Origin: Elusimicrobiota bacterium
Lineage (GTDB): Bacteria; Elusimicrobiota; Endomicrobiia; Endomicrobiales; JBDRNC01
Reading direction: 5' to 3'
DNA length: 64,000 bases
Assembly (NCBI GenBank): GCA_043811535.1
Contig: JBDRNC010000029.1
Location: 1-64,000, forward strand
The notes beneath the pieces were generated by a model. It worked only from the letters and a program-made list of their open reading frames with translations, was not told the origin of the DNA and made no database searches. Each line of letters begins with the position of its first letter. Positions within the stretch are counted from its first letter, which is position 1. This document shows positions 50,153 through 59,550 of the stretch, piece after piece. The position numbers were made by a program, and so were the translations under genes.

Positions 50153-51331
50153 TCATTTAAACAGTTTTTGTAACGTAAAGAACGCCTTTTTCTTCACCAC
50201 TTTATAATCTTGGGGCGAGGTGCCGTAAATGCCCACAATGCCGAACCATTCTTCGGCGTCTTTTTCATCGTGGTACTTCTTATCTATCTCTTTCGGCTCG
50301 TCCGACCACCCGTGGCCCCAAAAATCATGGTACTGAAAGACGATAGCGCCCGCCACGGGCCGGTTCGCCGTCATCATGTCGCGCCACATCCGCGAAAAGC
50401 CGTCCGCCTGGTCGTCTTCGGTGCACCCGCCGTAGCTGTAGTTCGGCGGCCCCTCTCTTTTTATCCCGGGAGCCGTGCTTATCCCGAACTCGCTGAACAC
50501 AAGCGGCTTGTCCGGGAACTTTGCCCTCAGCCATTCTATGAATCCCTGGTAATCGCTGCCGGTCACAGAGCCCTTCTCCCCGCGGTACCAGCACCAGACC
50601 GAATAGGAATAGGCGTTAAAAGATATGTAATCCAGGAAATCCGTCCGCAGGAGCGGTTCCGTCGGCTGCATGTTGGAATACGTGATAAGATGCGTGACGC
50701 CGTAGGTTTCTTTCTCGTAAATCTTTACATAATCGCCCAATTGCGCCAGGAAACACTCGGTCGGCGTTGACCCCTTAAGCGCGCTTATGTACTCGCCCTT
50801 GTACTCGTCTATGCCGGCGTTGAGTTTATCGTTGTTCTTTACGCATTTTTCGGGTATTTCGTTGCCTAACGCGTACGAGATGACGATATCGGAGTAATCC
50901 ACGCCGTTCAGATTGTGAAGTTTGTCTATATAATTTCTGAAAAAACCCTTCTGTTTTTCCAGAAATCCCGGAGTGTAGAAATTGTCCGCCCCCATCTCCC
51001 ACCACAAAGTGTAGTAAATGTACAAGCCGTTCTTTTTTGCCTGCTCGCACACGACAGCCAGCGGCTCCCAGATCCTTATCGTGTTCATGTTGATGCTTTT
51101 TATATCTTTAATATCCTTTATAATCCTGTCCGCGACATCTTTCGGAAATGGCTTCACGGAATAGTACTCCCATTCCATCTCTCCCGGGTACGCGAAGCCG
51201 TAATTCACGCCCTTGATAATGAACTTCTTGCCGTTGAGGTATATGAAGTCCTTGTCAACCGTGAAGACATTCGCGGCGAACAAAGGGGAAACAAGCAGAA
51301 GCGAAAAGATGAGTAAAAATATTTTTTTCAT
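50153..51331 (-). CDS. Secreted clan GH-A (GH2-like TIM barrel) glycoside hydrolase
   Basis: Signal peptide; IKGVNY, NTIRIW, LGNE, SEFG, EEWFGI. Confidence 0.78.
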   Translation of the reverse strand: MKKIFLLIFSLLLVSPLFAANVFTVDKDFIYLNGKKFIIKGVNYGFAYPGEMEWEYYSVKPFPKDVADRIIKDIKDIKSINMNTIRIWEPLAVVCEQAKKNGLYIYYTLWWEMGADNFYTPGFLEKQKGFFRNYIDKLHNLNGVDYSDIVISYALGNEIPEKCVKNNDKLNAGIDEYKGEYISALKGSTPTECFLAQLGDYVKIYEKETYGVTHLITYSNMQPTEPLLRTDFLDYISFNAYSYSVWCWYRGEKGSVTGSDYQGFIEWLRAKFPDKPLVFSEFGISTAPGIKREGPPNYSYGGCTEDDQADGFSRMWRDMMTANRPVAGAIVFQYHDFWGHGWSDEPKEIDKKYHDEKDAEEWFGIVGIYGTSPQDYKVVKKKAFFTLQKLFK

Positions 51332-51489
51332 TTGTTTATAATCCGTTTACCACTGCCCTCCCCTCTTGCAGGGGAGGGTGAGGGTGGGGAGTGTGAAAAT
51401 ATTCTTTTTCATCCCCATCCCAACCTTCCCCTGTCAAAGGGGAAGGAGATTGGAAGGGAGTTGATGTAATCTTGCAATCTTTCCAATCT

Positions 51490-52836
51490 TTAAATTGCCG
51501 TTATCCTCCGGCATTCAAGATAATACCGCTTTTCGTCGGCCTCGCCCATGGAGAACGTCTTCCTCGGGAGCGTCCCTTCAAGTATCACGGTCCTGAAAAG
51601 TTCGTTCTTATCCATCGCGGGCATCAAAAACCCGATATTGCCTTTCGCGTTGCTCAACTTTTGAACGACATCGTTGCCGTGGATATAATCTATCTCGGTG
51701 CCCGGGTGCGCGGCGGCATAAGCGTCCAACCCGTCCTGCAGCGTGCCTACCGCCAGGTTGAATTTCGGATTCTTCACCGCCAGCACGCCCATTTTTCCCT
51801 GCGCTATGAAAGATATCGCGTGGCCCGCCCTGCTTTTAGGCCTTTTTCTCCTGATCGCGTCATGTATTTCAAAGGACGCCTTCATCCCGTTCTTCTCAAA
51901 ATGCTCTGTCATCTCTTTCAGCATCTTCTCGCAGTCCACGTTGAACACTATCCTGTGTATCGGCTCGAACTGCAGGCCTGAATCATGCACGTTGACCACC
52001 TCAACCATCGCGAACCTCCCCGGGTGGCCCGCGGTGTCCTTGGCGGAGAGCGTTTTCTTGATATTCTCCCAGTGCGTTTTCGCCGTTGCGAGCGAGTGGT
52101 TCCCGTCGCCCACCGCGAACAAAAGCACTCCCTTATCCGCGCCCGCGCCGTACTTCGCGCGGAACGCTTCCGGATCCGCCAGTTTTTCCAGCGCGGCGAG
52201 CGCGCCCGCCGCCTCTTGCTTGCCTGCCATGTAGCCCTTCAGATGGCCGCCGTTTTGCATCAGGTCAAAATCATAAAGCAATTTCATCTTGTCGGCCTGT
52301 TTGCCCAGCGGTTCAATTACGGTTTTTTCCGGGTCGTCTATCAGGAGCATCGTATGCGACAGTTCGATAGTGGCCTTTTCCCTGATCTTGAGCCGCGGGG
52401 GAATCCTCTCCACGACGGTCTTCTCGGTCGACCGTATAAGCGACTGGGAACCCTTGCTGAAATCGTATTTTTCAAGGTCAACCGTCAGCACTAATCCCTT
52501 GCGCGACTTAACGTGGGCGGTTTTCCTGTCAACGTATATGAAACAGGGCTCAAGCGGGGCCAGGACGCCGGATTCCAGATATTTTTTCATCGCGGCGTTG
52601 ATACCGTTGATCCTTTCTTCCTTCTTTTTCTGGTCCTCGTTGAGGAAGGCCTCCGGGTATATCAGATTCAGCGTGGACGGGCTCTTGCCCGCCGTCTTGG
52701 CGGCCGCGGCCCAGTACTCCGGCTGGGACGTGAATTGGTCGCACGCCACAACCGACCACTTGGTCAGGTCATAACTCTTGCCGGGCAGAAGCATGACCGA
52801 AAGCTTCACGCCTGTTTTCTCGTTTAAATCGTCCAT
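51490..52836 (-). CDS. DUF1015 family protein
   Basis: WSVVACDQFTS, RSTE.TV.ERIPPR, VGDGNHSLA, LPRKTFSMG. Confidence 0.85.
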   Translation of the reverse strand: MDDLNEKTGVKLSVMLLPGKSYDLTKWSVVACDQFTSQPEYWAAAAKTAGKSPSTLNLIYPEAFLNEDQKKKEERINGINAAMKKYLESGVLAPLEPCFIYVDRKTAHVKSRKGLVLTVDLEKYDFSKGSQSLIRSTEKTVVERIPPRLKIREKATIELSHTMLLIDDPEKTVIEPLGKQADKMKLLYDFDLMQNGGHLKGYMAGKQEAAGALAALEKLADPEAFRAKYGAGADKGVLLFAVGDGNHSLATAKTHWENIKKTLSAKDTAGHPGRFAMVEVVNVHDSGLQFEPIHRIVFNVDCEKMLKEMTEHFEKNGMKASFEIHDAIRRKRPKSRAGHAISFIAQGKMGVLAVKNPKFNLAVGTLQDGLDAYAAAHPGTEIDYIHGNDVVQKLSNAKGNIGFLMPAMDKNELFRTVILEGTLPRKTFSMGEADEKRYYLECRRITAI

Positions 52837-52992
52837 TTTTGGGTTCTCCGCGGATAGAATAGTATTGAATATAATACTTTTTCTTGCGTATTAAATCAAG
52901 CAGGAACAGAGCGGATATGTATTTACTTTTGAATGGAAAATTTAATCGCGCGGCAGGAAAAAAAAGGGAGAAACCGGATCAACAGGAAGGAT

Positions 52993-53697
52993 TCAGCGCT
53001 TGAATAAGTAAGGATTCAGGATGTTTTTGATGTCTTCAAGGAGGATTTCGGCCTTGACCACGCCGTTGGACTGCGGCGCGACCTCAAGCGGCTCAAAATA
53101 GAAGATAACGCGGTCCTTGTCCAGCGCGAAACGCCGGAAATTCTCTTTTTTCGGCCCGGCGCCCTTCAGAATCCAGTTAAGGTTGCTCCTGACATCCGGA
53201 CTCTTGTTGATGCTGTCAACTGCGAGCGGCGAAATCCTGCTTATGTAATCCGCGCCGTCCTTGAAAATATTATAAAGCTGAAGTTCCATGTCCGTGAGCA
53301 GGTCAAAATTCTTCGTCACGACCCTATGGGCGCCGCGCTCCCCGCCGTAATAGTAGGAAAAATCCAGCATCACGCCCGCGAAGTTCACAAAATCCCCATA
53401 CGCTTCATATGAAACGTCCAGCGTGCAGGTCAAGCCCTCGGCCGCGTGCATCGCGCTCTCATTTTTATAGATCTCTACGGTATCCTTTATTAGCTGCTTA
53501 ATAGCTTTGTCCGCGAACCTGTTGCCAAACGCGGGGTACTTCCCGCGCGCGATAAAACCTTCGGACCTCTGGTTCAGCTTCTTCTCGGAGACCTTTTTAC
53601 TCTTCCGAAGCGGCGAAGCTTCTTCGGAAGAGGCAGGGCGGCAGAACACGGGAGAAACCAGGAGAACCGATAAAAAGAGAATAAATAATTTATTCAT
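52993..53697 (-). CDS. DUF3298/RsiV-like secreted protein
   Basis: Signal peptide; YYYGG..GAH, NFDL, FYFEP.EVAP.S.G. Confidence 0.72.
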   Translation of the reverse strand: MNKLFILFLSVLLVSPVFCRPASSEEASPLRKSKKVSEKKLNQRSEGFIARGKYPAFGNRFADKAIKQLIKDTVEIYKNESAMHAAEGLTCTLDVSYEAYGDFVNFAGVMLDFSYYYGGERGAHRVVTKNFDLLTDMELQLYNIFKDGADYISRISPLAVDSINKSPDVRSNLNWILKGAGPKKENFRRFALDKDRVIFYFEPLEVAPQSNGVVKAEILLEDIKNILNPYLFKR

Positions 53698-53807
53698 GTT
53701 TATAATCCGTTTACCACTGCCCTTCCCCTATCAAAGGGGAAGGAGATTGGAAGGGAGTTGCTATAATCTTTCAATCTTTCCAATTTTTAAATCTTGCAAT
53801 GTCGTAA

Positions 53808-56075
53808 TTAAAAGCAAAGCCGCGCCAGCAAATACGACACTGTTGATTCCGCGCCCTGGTTCAGGTTGATGTATTTTTCTCCGAGGCCGTCAAAACAGCC
53901 GCCGTTCGTGCAGTCGTAAACTACCTGCTTGATAGTATTGTCGCCGAGAAACCAGCAGAACGCGCGGTTCATCAGCCGCTTGTAGCGCGGCTCGTTCAAA
54001 ACCGCCAGCCCGGCCTGCAGGGCAAAGACCATCGCCTGCGCCTCTTCGGGCTGCTGATCGTAAAAACTGCGTTTTCCGCCTTTCTGGCACCATCCGGCCT
54101 GCCCGATGGGCACGTAAATATCGTCTATAAAACTCTGCCTGATAAGAAAATCCAGCGCGGTCTTGCCGGTTTCCATGTACTTTTTTTCATTGGTAACCTG
54201 GTATGCCAGCAGCAGCGCTTCGGGCAGCAGCCCGTTGGAATAGGTAAGACTGCTTTCAAACCATTGCCACTCGGGAGAACTGCTCCCGTTGTACCATGAC
54301 ACCATCTTGTCGGCCATCCCCCTGATTACGGGCTCAATATCCCTGCCGTCCAGCAATTTCCCTTTCGCGTGCAGCAGGCACAGCGCCTTGATATAATACG
54401 CGTTCGCCCTGGGGGAATCAAATGAAATATCCTTTTCGAACTTGGCTTCAAAAATACCGAAGGCCTTGTCCCGCATATCCTGCGGGCACGCGCCGGTCGT
54501 GGCCGCGACAGCCAGCGCGAAAAGCGTCCTGCCGTTGGCGTCGTCCAGGGAATCTTTACGGTTCAGTTCCTTGTTTATCGTCCTGTCGGAATCGACATAA
54601 TTATGAAAACGGGAGCCGTCATCGGAAACGTGTTCGATGAAACGCATGTATATCCTGATAAGCGAGAAAATGTCTCTCTTGCGCGGGGAAGAGTCGCCGA
54701 AGATTATCTCGTCCGCGGGTTTTCCGGCGCACTTGCACGCCACTATCAGCGCGCGGGCGTTATCGTCAATAGTATGCCCGGAAGAAGGGTCCGGGTTGGT
54801 CAATTTCGCGAACTGCACGATGCCGAAATCGTCCGTAAGATGGCTCATGTGTCCGAGGTTTATTTTGGGAATATTCTTCTGCTCGCTTATCGCGGAGAGT
54901 TTGGCGGCGTGTTTTGAAAAGCACTTCAGGTATTCTATCGCGACATTGGGCCATATCATCTTGCGGGTCCTGAAATAGGCGTGCTTGCCCATCTGCATGC
55001 GCAGGTCGTCGTCGCCGAGTATCCTGTTGAGGGCGCCGGCGTAAGCGGCGGGATTCCTGAAATCAACAAGCATGCCCGTTTCGGGAGTGACGTCTTCCTT
55101 CGCCTGGGCGAACGCCGTCGAAACGACGGGCCTGCCGGTCCCGAGAGCGTAAGAAAGCGTCCCGGAAACGGACTGGTTCGGGTCGAGAGAAGTGGAAACA
55201 TATATATCCGTCGCCTTGAGGAACTGCAGCAGCTCGTCAACCGAAAAATACCTGTTGTAGAACTTCACGAATCCGGAAAGCCCCAGCGCGCGCACTTTTT
55301 CTATCAGGGAATTCCTGTAGGATTCGCCGTCTTTCCTGAGTATGTTGGGGTGCGTTACGCCGAATATTATGTATACAAGGTTTGGGAACTTCCTGACCAC
55401 CTCAGGCAGGGCCTCAATGACGTATTCAAGCCCCTTGCCGGGGCCAAGCAGGCCGAAAGTGGAAAGCACGGTTTTATCAGGAAAGCCGAGCAGGGATTTC
55501 GCGAGCTTGCTTGAGGAATACATTCTCGGATGTATGCCGTGCGGTATCACCGATATTTTTCCGGCTTCCATGCCGTAATCATTTATCAGAATGTTTTTTG
55601 AATAGTTTGTCATCACCATGACGCCCTGCGCGTGTTCCGTGATGAGCCGGACCGCCCCGTGAAGCTTTTCGTTCGGCCCGGGCAGAACGCTGTGGAAGGT
55701 AAGCACGACGGGCTTGGTCACGGTTTTGAGAAAAGGAAGAAGGTTCAGGCCGTATTCCCCGCCGAATATCCCGAACTCGTGCTGGACATTGACGAGGCAA
55801 ATCTCATCCATCGCGTTTATCTTTCCGGCGGTCCGCAGGTAATCGTCGGGGTTGTCCTGGCAGATCTGGGAAATGACTTTTTTCGGATATTTGAACGCGC
55901 TTACCTCATCGGTGTTCATCGCGATTATCTTTGATTTTACCGCGGGGTGCAGCAGCCCGTCCATCGCCGTGGTTATGTCGTCCGTAAACGTGGCGATGCC
56001 GCATTCCCTGGGCGGGAACGTGGAAACATATGCGATCCAGAGCTCATTCTGATGTTTTTGTTTGTTTTTATCCAT
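53808..56075 (-). CDS. GT4 glycosyltransferase fused to six-hairpin glycosidase-like domain
   Basis: STFPPRECGIATF, QHEFGIFGG, SGTLSYA, DDNARAL, DQQPEE, NQGAEST. Confidence 0.88.
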   Translation of the reverse strand: MDKNKQKHQNELWIAYVSTFPPRECGIATFTDDITTAMDGLLHPAVKSKIIAMNTDEVSAFKYPKKVISQICQDNPDDYLRTAGKINAMDEICLVNVQHEFGIFGGEYGLNLLPFLKTVTKPVVLTFHSVLPGPNEKLHGAVRLITEHAQGVMVMTNYSKNILINDYGMEAGKISVIPHGIHPRMYSSSKLAKSLLGFPDKTVLSTFGLLGPGKGLEYVIEALPEVVRKFPNLVYIIFGVTHPNILRKDGESYRNSLIEKVRALGLSGFVKFYNRYFSVDELLQFLKATDIYVSTSLDPNQSVSGTLSYALGTGRPVVSTAFAQAKEDVTPETGMLVDFRNPAAYAGALNRILGDDDLRMQMGKHAYFRTRKMIWPNVAIEYLKCFSKHAAKLSAISEQKNIPKINLGHMSHLTDDFGIVQFAKLTNPDPSSGHTIDDNARALIVACKCAGKPADEIIFGDSSPRKRDIFSLIRIYMRFIEHVSDDGSRFHNYVDSDRTINKELNRKDSLDDANGRTLFALAVAATTGACPQDMRDKAFGIFEAKFEKDISFDSPRANAYYIKALCLLHAKGKLLDGRDIEPVIRGMADKMVSWYNGSSSPEWQWFESSLTYSNGLLPEALLLAYQVTNEKKYMETGKTALDFLIRQSFIDDIYVPIGQAGWCQKGGKRSFYDQQPEEAQAMVFALQAGLAVLNEPRYKRLMNRAFCWFLGDNTIKQVVYDCTNGGCFDGLGEKYINLNQGAESTVSYLLARLCF

Positions 56076-56311
56076 AATAATTTGCCGTTTGTCGTCATTG
56101 CGAGGAGGTCGCCGCGGCGGCCGACGAAGCAATCTCGTCTTTGAAAATCCCCTTTTCATCCCCCATATTCCAGTCCCGAAGTGGCGAAACCAGTGCGGGA
56201 CTGGCAGGGCGGCAGGGGAAAGAGGGGGATTTGCCGTTCAGTCGTTTATTCGTAATCTTGGAATCTTTAAATCTTGCAATGTCTTTACCAGATACTAGAT
56301 ACTGTCGTTAA

Positions 56312-57334
56312 CTAAGCGGGAGGACAGCTCTTGAGTTCAGTCAGCAGTTCTTTCAGGTCTACGGATTTTGCCGCTATCAGGCTGTCCGCGGCCCCGTAAT
56401 ATATGTAGAGCCTGCCGTTTTTTACCACCGCGCCCGAAGGGAACACTACATTATTCACGTCCCCTGTTTTTTCCCATGGTTCCACGGGCGAAAACAGCGG
56501 GTAAGGGAGCCTGCCGATTATCTTGAACGGGTCGTTGATGTCCAGCAGCGCCGCCGCGGCGTGGTATATCCTCCCGCCGGGTATTTCCTCGACGGCGTGG
56601 TATATCAGCAGCCAGCCGTCCTCGGTTTCTATCGGAGGGCACCCGCCGCCTATGTTCCTGCTCTCGAACTTGTAGTGGGGGTTCATGATGACGTGGTCGC
56701 TCAGGTTCCTGAGATGGTCTTCCCAGTATCTTTTGTTAAGCTCTGAAAAATCGTTGAAAAGGGCGAGCTGGATGCCCGGAAGCACCCTGTGGATGAGCGC
56801 GAACTTTCCGTTTATCTTTTTGGGGAACAGAAAAACATCCTTTTCCCAGAGCACAAGATCGTCGCCCTGCCTGTCCCTGATGTAGGCCTCAAAGAAAAAG
56901 TATCTTTCAATTAATTTTTTGGTGTTAAACAGGCGCGCCGCGTCAATGTAAGTGATGTTAGGCGAGATGATCCCGCGTTTTACGAAAGTTTTCAGGTCGG
57001 CGCTTGTCGCGTAAGCGAACAGCGCGTTCTTGCCGTCGTACACCGTGTAGAAAAGATAGTACGTGCCGTCAAGAAAAACTATCCGAGGGTCCTCTACTCC
57101 CCTGCGTTCGTAAAAGTATTCCGGAAAAAGCACGGGCTTGGCGTTCCTTTGGACAACCTTATTGTCAACCAGTCGGCAATAGCCTATGGATGAAACAAAA
57201 TCCTTGTTGACTGCCCTGTAAAACATGTGCGTCGAGCCGTCAACCTCTATGCAGGCGGGGTTCAGCACGGCCTGGTTTTCAAAAGCCAGTTCTGTCTTTT
57301 CCAGAAGAATACCTTCGCTTTTAATTTTAATCAT
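56312..57334 (-). CDS. GH130 family glycosidase/phosphorylase
   Basis: VLNPA, GVEDPRI, KDVFLFP, IGGGCPP, NVVFPSG, YYGAAD. Confidence 0.88.
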   Translation of the reverse strand: MIKIKSEGILLEKTELAFENQAVLNPACIEVDGSTHMFYRAVNKDFVSSIGYCRLVDNKVVQRNAKPVLFPEYFYERRGVEDPRIVFLDGTYYLFYTVYDGKNALFAYATSADLKTFVKRGIISPNITYIDAARLFNTKKLIERYFFFEAYIRDRQGDDLVLWEKDVFLFPKKINGKFALIHRVLPGIQLALFNDFSELNKRYWEDHLRNLSDHVIMNPHYKFESRNIGGGCPPIETEDGWLLIYHAVEEIPGGRIYHAAAALLDINDPFKIIGRLPYPLFSPVEPWEKTGDVNNVVFPSGAVVKNGRLYIYYGAADSLIAAKSVDLKELLTELKSCPPA

Positions 57335-57536
57335 GAATGTCTGTTTTTCTCCTTGAGCGCATTAATATATCAGTTTAACAGGTGTTTATCATACCAATTT
57401 ATGAAAAATTATGCCAGAAGAATGTCGTTGCCGTGTCAGCAACAGGGATTGCCACGTATCCCGACTTCATCGGGACTCCATTGAAGAAGATAATGGAAGT
57501 CGCCTACGGGCTCGCAATGACGGCTTTGCCGTCAAT

Positions 57537-57565
57537 TTGAAATAAATCTCAAAAAAGCGTATAAT
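57537..57565 (+). promoter_or_regulatory. Sigma70-type promoter, probably giving a leaderless yciB transcript
   Basis: TTGAAA-17-TATAAT, 8 nt before the ATG; no SD. Confidence 0.6.
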
Positions 57566-57573
57566 CGTCAAAT

Positions 57574-58119
57574 ATGAAATTCCTTTTCGAGTTCTTCCCT
57601 ATAATCCTGTTCTTCATAGTCTTCAAGTTCAAGGGCATCTACGCGGCCACCGCGGCGGCCATAGCGGCCTCGGTCATCCAAATAGCGGTCGCCTACGCGC
57701 GCAAGCGCAAGGTGGAGCCCGCGATGCTCATCGGATTCGCCGTGCTTCTCGTGTTCGGCGGCTTCACGCTTCTCCTGCGCAACGAGGCCTTCATAAAATG
57801 GAAACCCACGATACTCTACTGGATATTCGCGGCGGTGATAGGAGGGGCGAGGGCGCTTTACGGAAAGAATATCATCCGGCTGATGCTCCAGAAACAATTG
57901 CAGGTGCCGGAAAACGTGTGGGAGAAAATCAACTGGAGCTGGGGGGGATTCTTCGCTCTGCTCGGCGGGATAAACCTCTTTGTCGCTTACAACTTCTCAA
58001 CGGATGTATGGGTGAACTTCAAACTCTTCGGCCTGATGGGCCTCATGTTTATCTTCGTTATAATCCAGAGCCTCTTCCTCGCCAAATACATCAATCAGCA
58101 GAATCCTGAAAGTAAATAA
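57574..58119 (+). CDS. yciB: Intracellular septation protein A / inner-membrane protein
   Basis: MKFLFEFFPIILFF, FIKWKPTI, WVNFKLFG. Confidence 0.93.
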   Translation: MKFLFEFFPIILFFIVFKFKGIYAATAAAIAASVIQIAVAYARKRKVEPAMLIGFAVLLVFGGFTLLLRNEAFIKWKPTILYWIFAAVIGGARALYGKNIIRLMLQKQLQVPENVWEKINWSWGGFFALLGGINLFVAYNFSTDVWVNFKLFGLMGLMFIFVIIQSLFLAKYINQQNPESK

Positions 58120-58253
58120 TGCAACTTTGAAAAATCCCCCTTTCATCCCCCATATTCCAGTCCCGAAGTGGCGAAGCCAGTGCGGGACTGGCAGGGCGGC
58201 AGGGGAAAGAGGGGGATTTGCTGTAAGTGTTGTAACTTCCTTCTTCCATCTTC

Positions 58254-59456
58254 CTACTTCCCACTAAGCAATTTCGTAAGAAATTGCTTCTGTTCTTCCG
58301 TATTATACAATTTCTTCTCTACCGACGGATGATTGTTCTCGAACAGGCCGTACTTTTTCTTGAGCGCCAGCACGCGCCTGACGGCCTCGTTCAGACGCTT
58401 TTCCGGTATCCGCCCGTCCCCGGCCGCCTTCAGCACGCCGTTCCACGCCTTTTTCTGAACCGTCGCGTCGCCCACGAAAAGTATTATGTCAACGCCCGCG
58501 TTTAAGCACTGCACGGCCAGCTCGTCCGCGCCTTTCTTCGCCGACATCGCGCCCATGTTGAAATCGTCCGTCACTATGACACCCTTGAAACCCATCTTGT
58601 CCCTCAGCAGTTTCTGCATTATCTCTTTTGAGATCGTGGCAGGCAGGTTTTCGGTACCCGTCACCCCGGGCGTCATTATGTGCGCCGTCATTATAAGATC
58701 CACGTTTTTAGACTTAATCAGCGCCTTGTAGGGGACAAGCTCGCACTTTTCAAGCACGTCAAGCGTCTTTTTTGTTACGGGAAGGTCCCTGTGAGGGTCC
58801 GGCGCGACATCGCCGTATCCCGGAAAATGCTTCGCGCACCCGATGATCCCGCCTTTTTTGAAACCTTTCATGTACGCGATGCCGAAATCCGCGACGGCAT
58901 CCGGTTTCTCGCTGAAGGCGCGCCCGTTTTTGGCTATGTGGCTCTTTTTTTCGGTGTTGACGTCCACAACAGGCGCGAAATTGACGTTGATTCCTATCGC
59001 GCGCAGCTGCTGCGCGGTGTACTCGGCAAGTTTTTCCGCCTGATTGAGGTCCAGATTCGCGCCGACGAATTCTTCGTTGGGATAAGTCACGACGCCGTTC
59101 CTGACGCGGTTGACCTTCCCGCCTTCCTGGTCCGTGGCAATCAGAAGGGGGACGCCGTTGTTGTATTTCGCGGAAAGTTCCTGAAGCCGCGCGGTGAGCG
59201 CCGTGATCTGCTCCGCGTCAAGATGGTTGATATCCGCGAAACCCAGGAAGACGTTGCCGTAATAATACTGCGAAAACACCTCTTCAAAACTGGTTTTCTT
59301 GGCGAAGTTGCCCACCATGAACAACTGGCCCACCTTCTGCTCAAGCGACATCCCCTCAACAAGCTTGTCCAGTTCCCTGTCGCCCGAAGAGAATATCCAC
59401 CCGCCCAAAAGGCACAAAACAGAACATAACGCGGTAAGTCCAATTATTTTTTTCAT
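58254..59456 (-). CDS. nagZ: GH3 beta-N-acetylhexosaminidase (NagZ-like), exported
   Basis: DQEGGKVNR, APVVDVN, KHFPGYGD...DPH, MTAH, TDD..MGA. Confidence 0.85.
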   Translation of the reverse strand: MKKIIGLTALCSVLCLLGGWIFSSGDRELDKLVEGMSLEQKVGQLFMVGNFAKKTSFEEVFSQYYYGNVFLGFADINHLDAEQITALTARLQELSAKYNNGVPLLIATDQEGGKVNRVRNGVVTYPNEEFVGANLDLNQAEKLAEYTAQQLRAIGINVNFAPVVDVNTEKKSHIAKNGRAFSEKPDAVADFGIAYMKGFKKGGIIGCAKHFPGYGDVAPDPHRDLPVTKKTLDVLEKCELVPYKALIKSKNVDLIMTAHIMTPGVTGTENLPATISKEIMQKLLRDKMGFKGVIVTDDFNMGAMSAKKGADELAVQCLNAGVDIILFVGDATVQKKAWNGVLKAAGDGRIPEKRLNEAVRRVLALKKKYGLFENNHPSVEKKLYNTEEQKQFLTKLLSGK

Positions 59457-59467
59457 GGTATCCTTTA

Positions 59468-59518
59468 AAATCCCCTTTTTATTCCCCCTTTAATAAAGGG
59501 GGAAAGAGGGGGATTTGC
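59468..59518. repeat. G/C-run palindrome family (ATCCCC..CCCCTTT-n-AAAGGGGG..GGGGGATT and CCTTCCCC-n-GGGGAAGG); copies near 39905, 45545, 47392, 48730, 48814, 49915, 51355, 53720, 56145, 58130, 61070, 61132, 62140
   Basis: Repeated nested inverted C-run/G-run arms in intergenic spaces. Confidence 0.85.
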
Positions 59519-59550
59519 TGTAAGTGTTGTAACTTCCTTCTTCCATCTTC

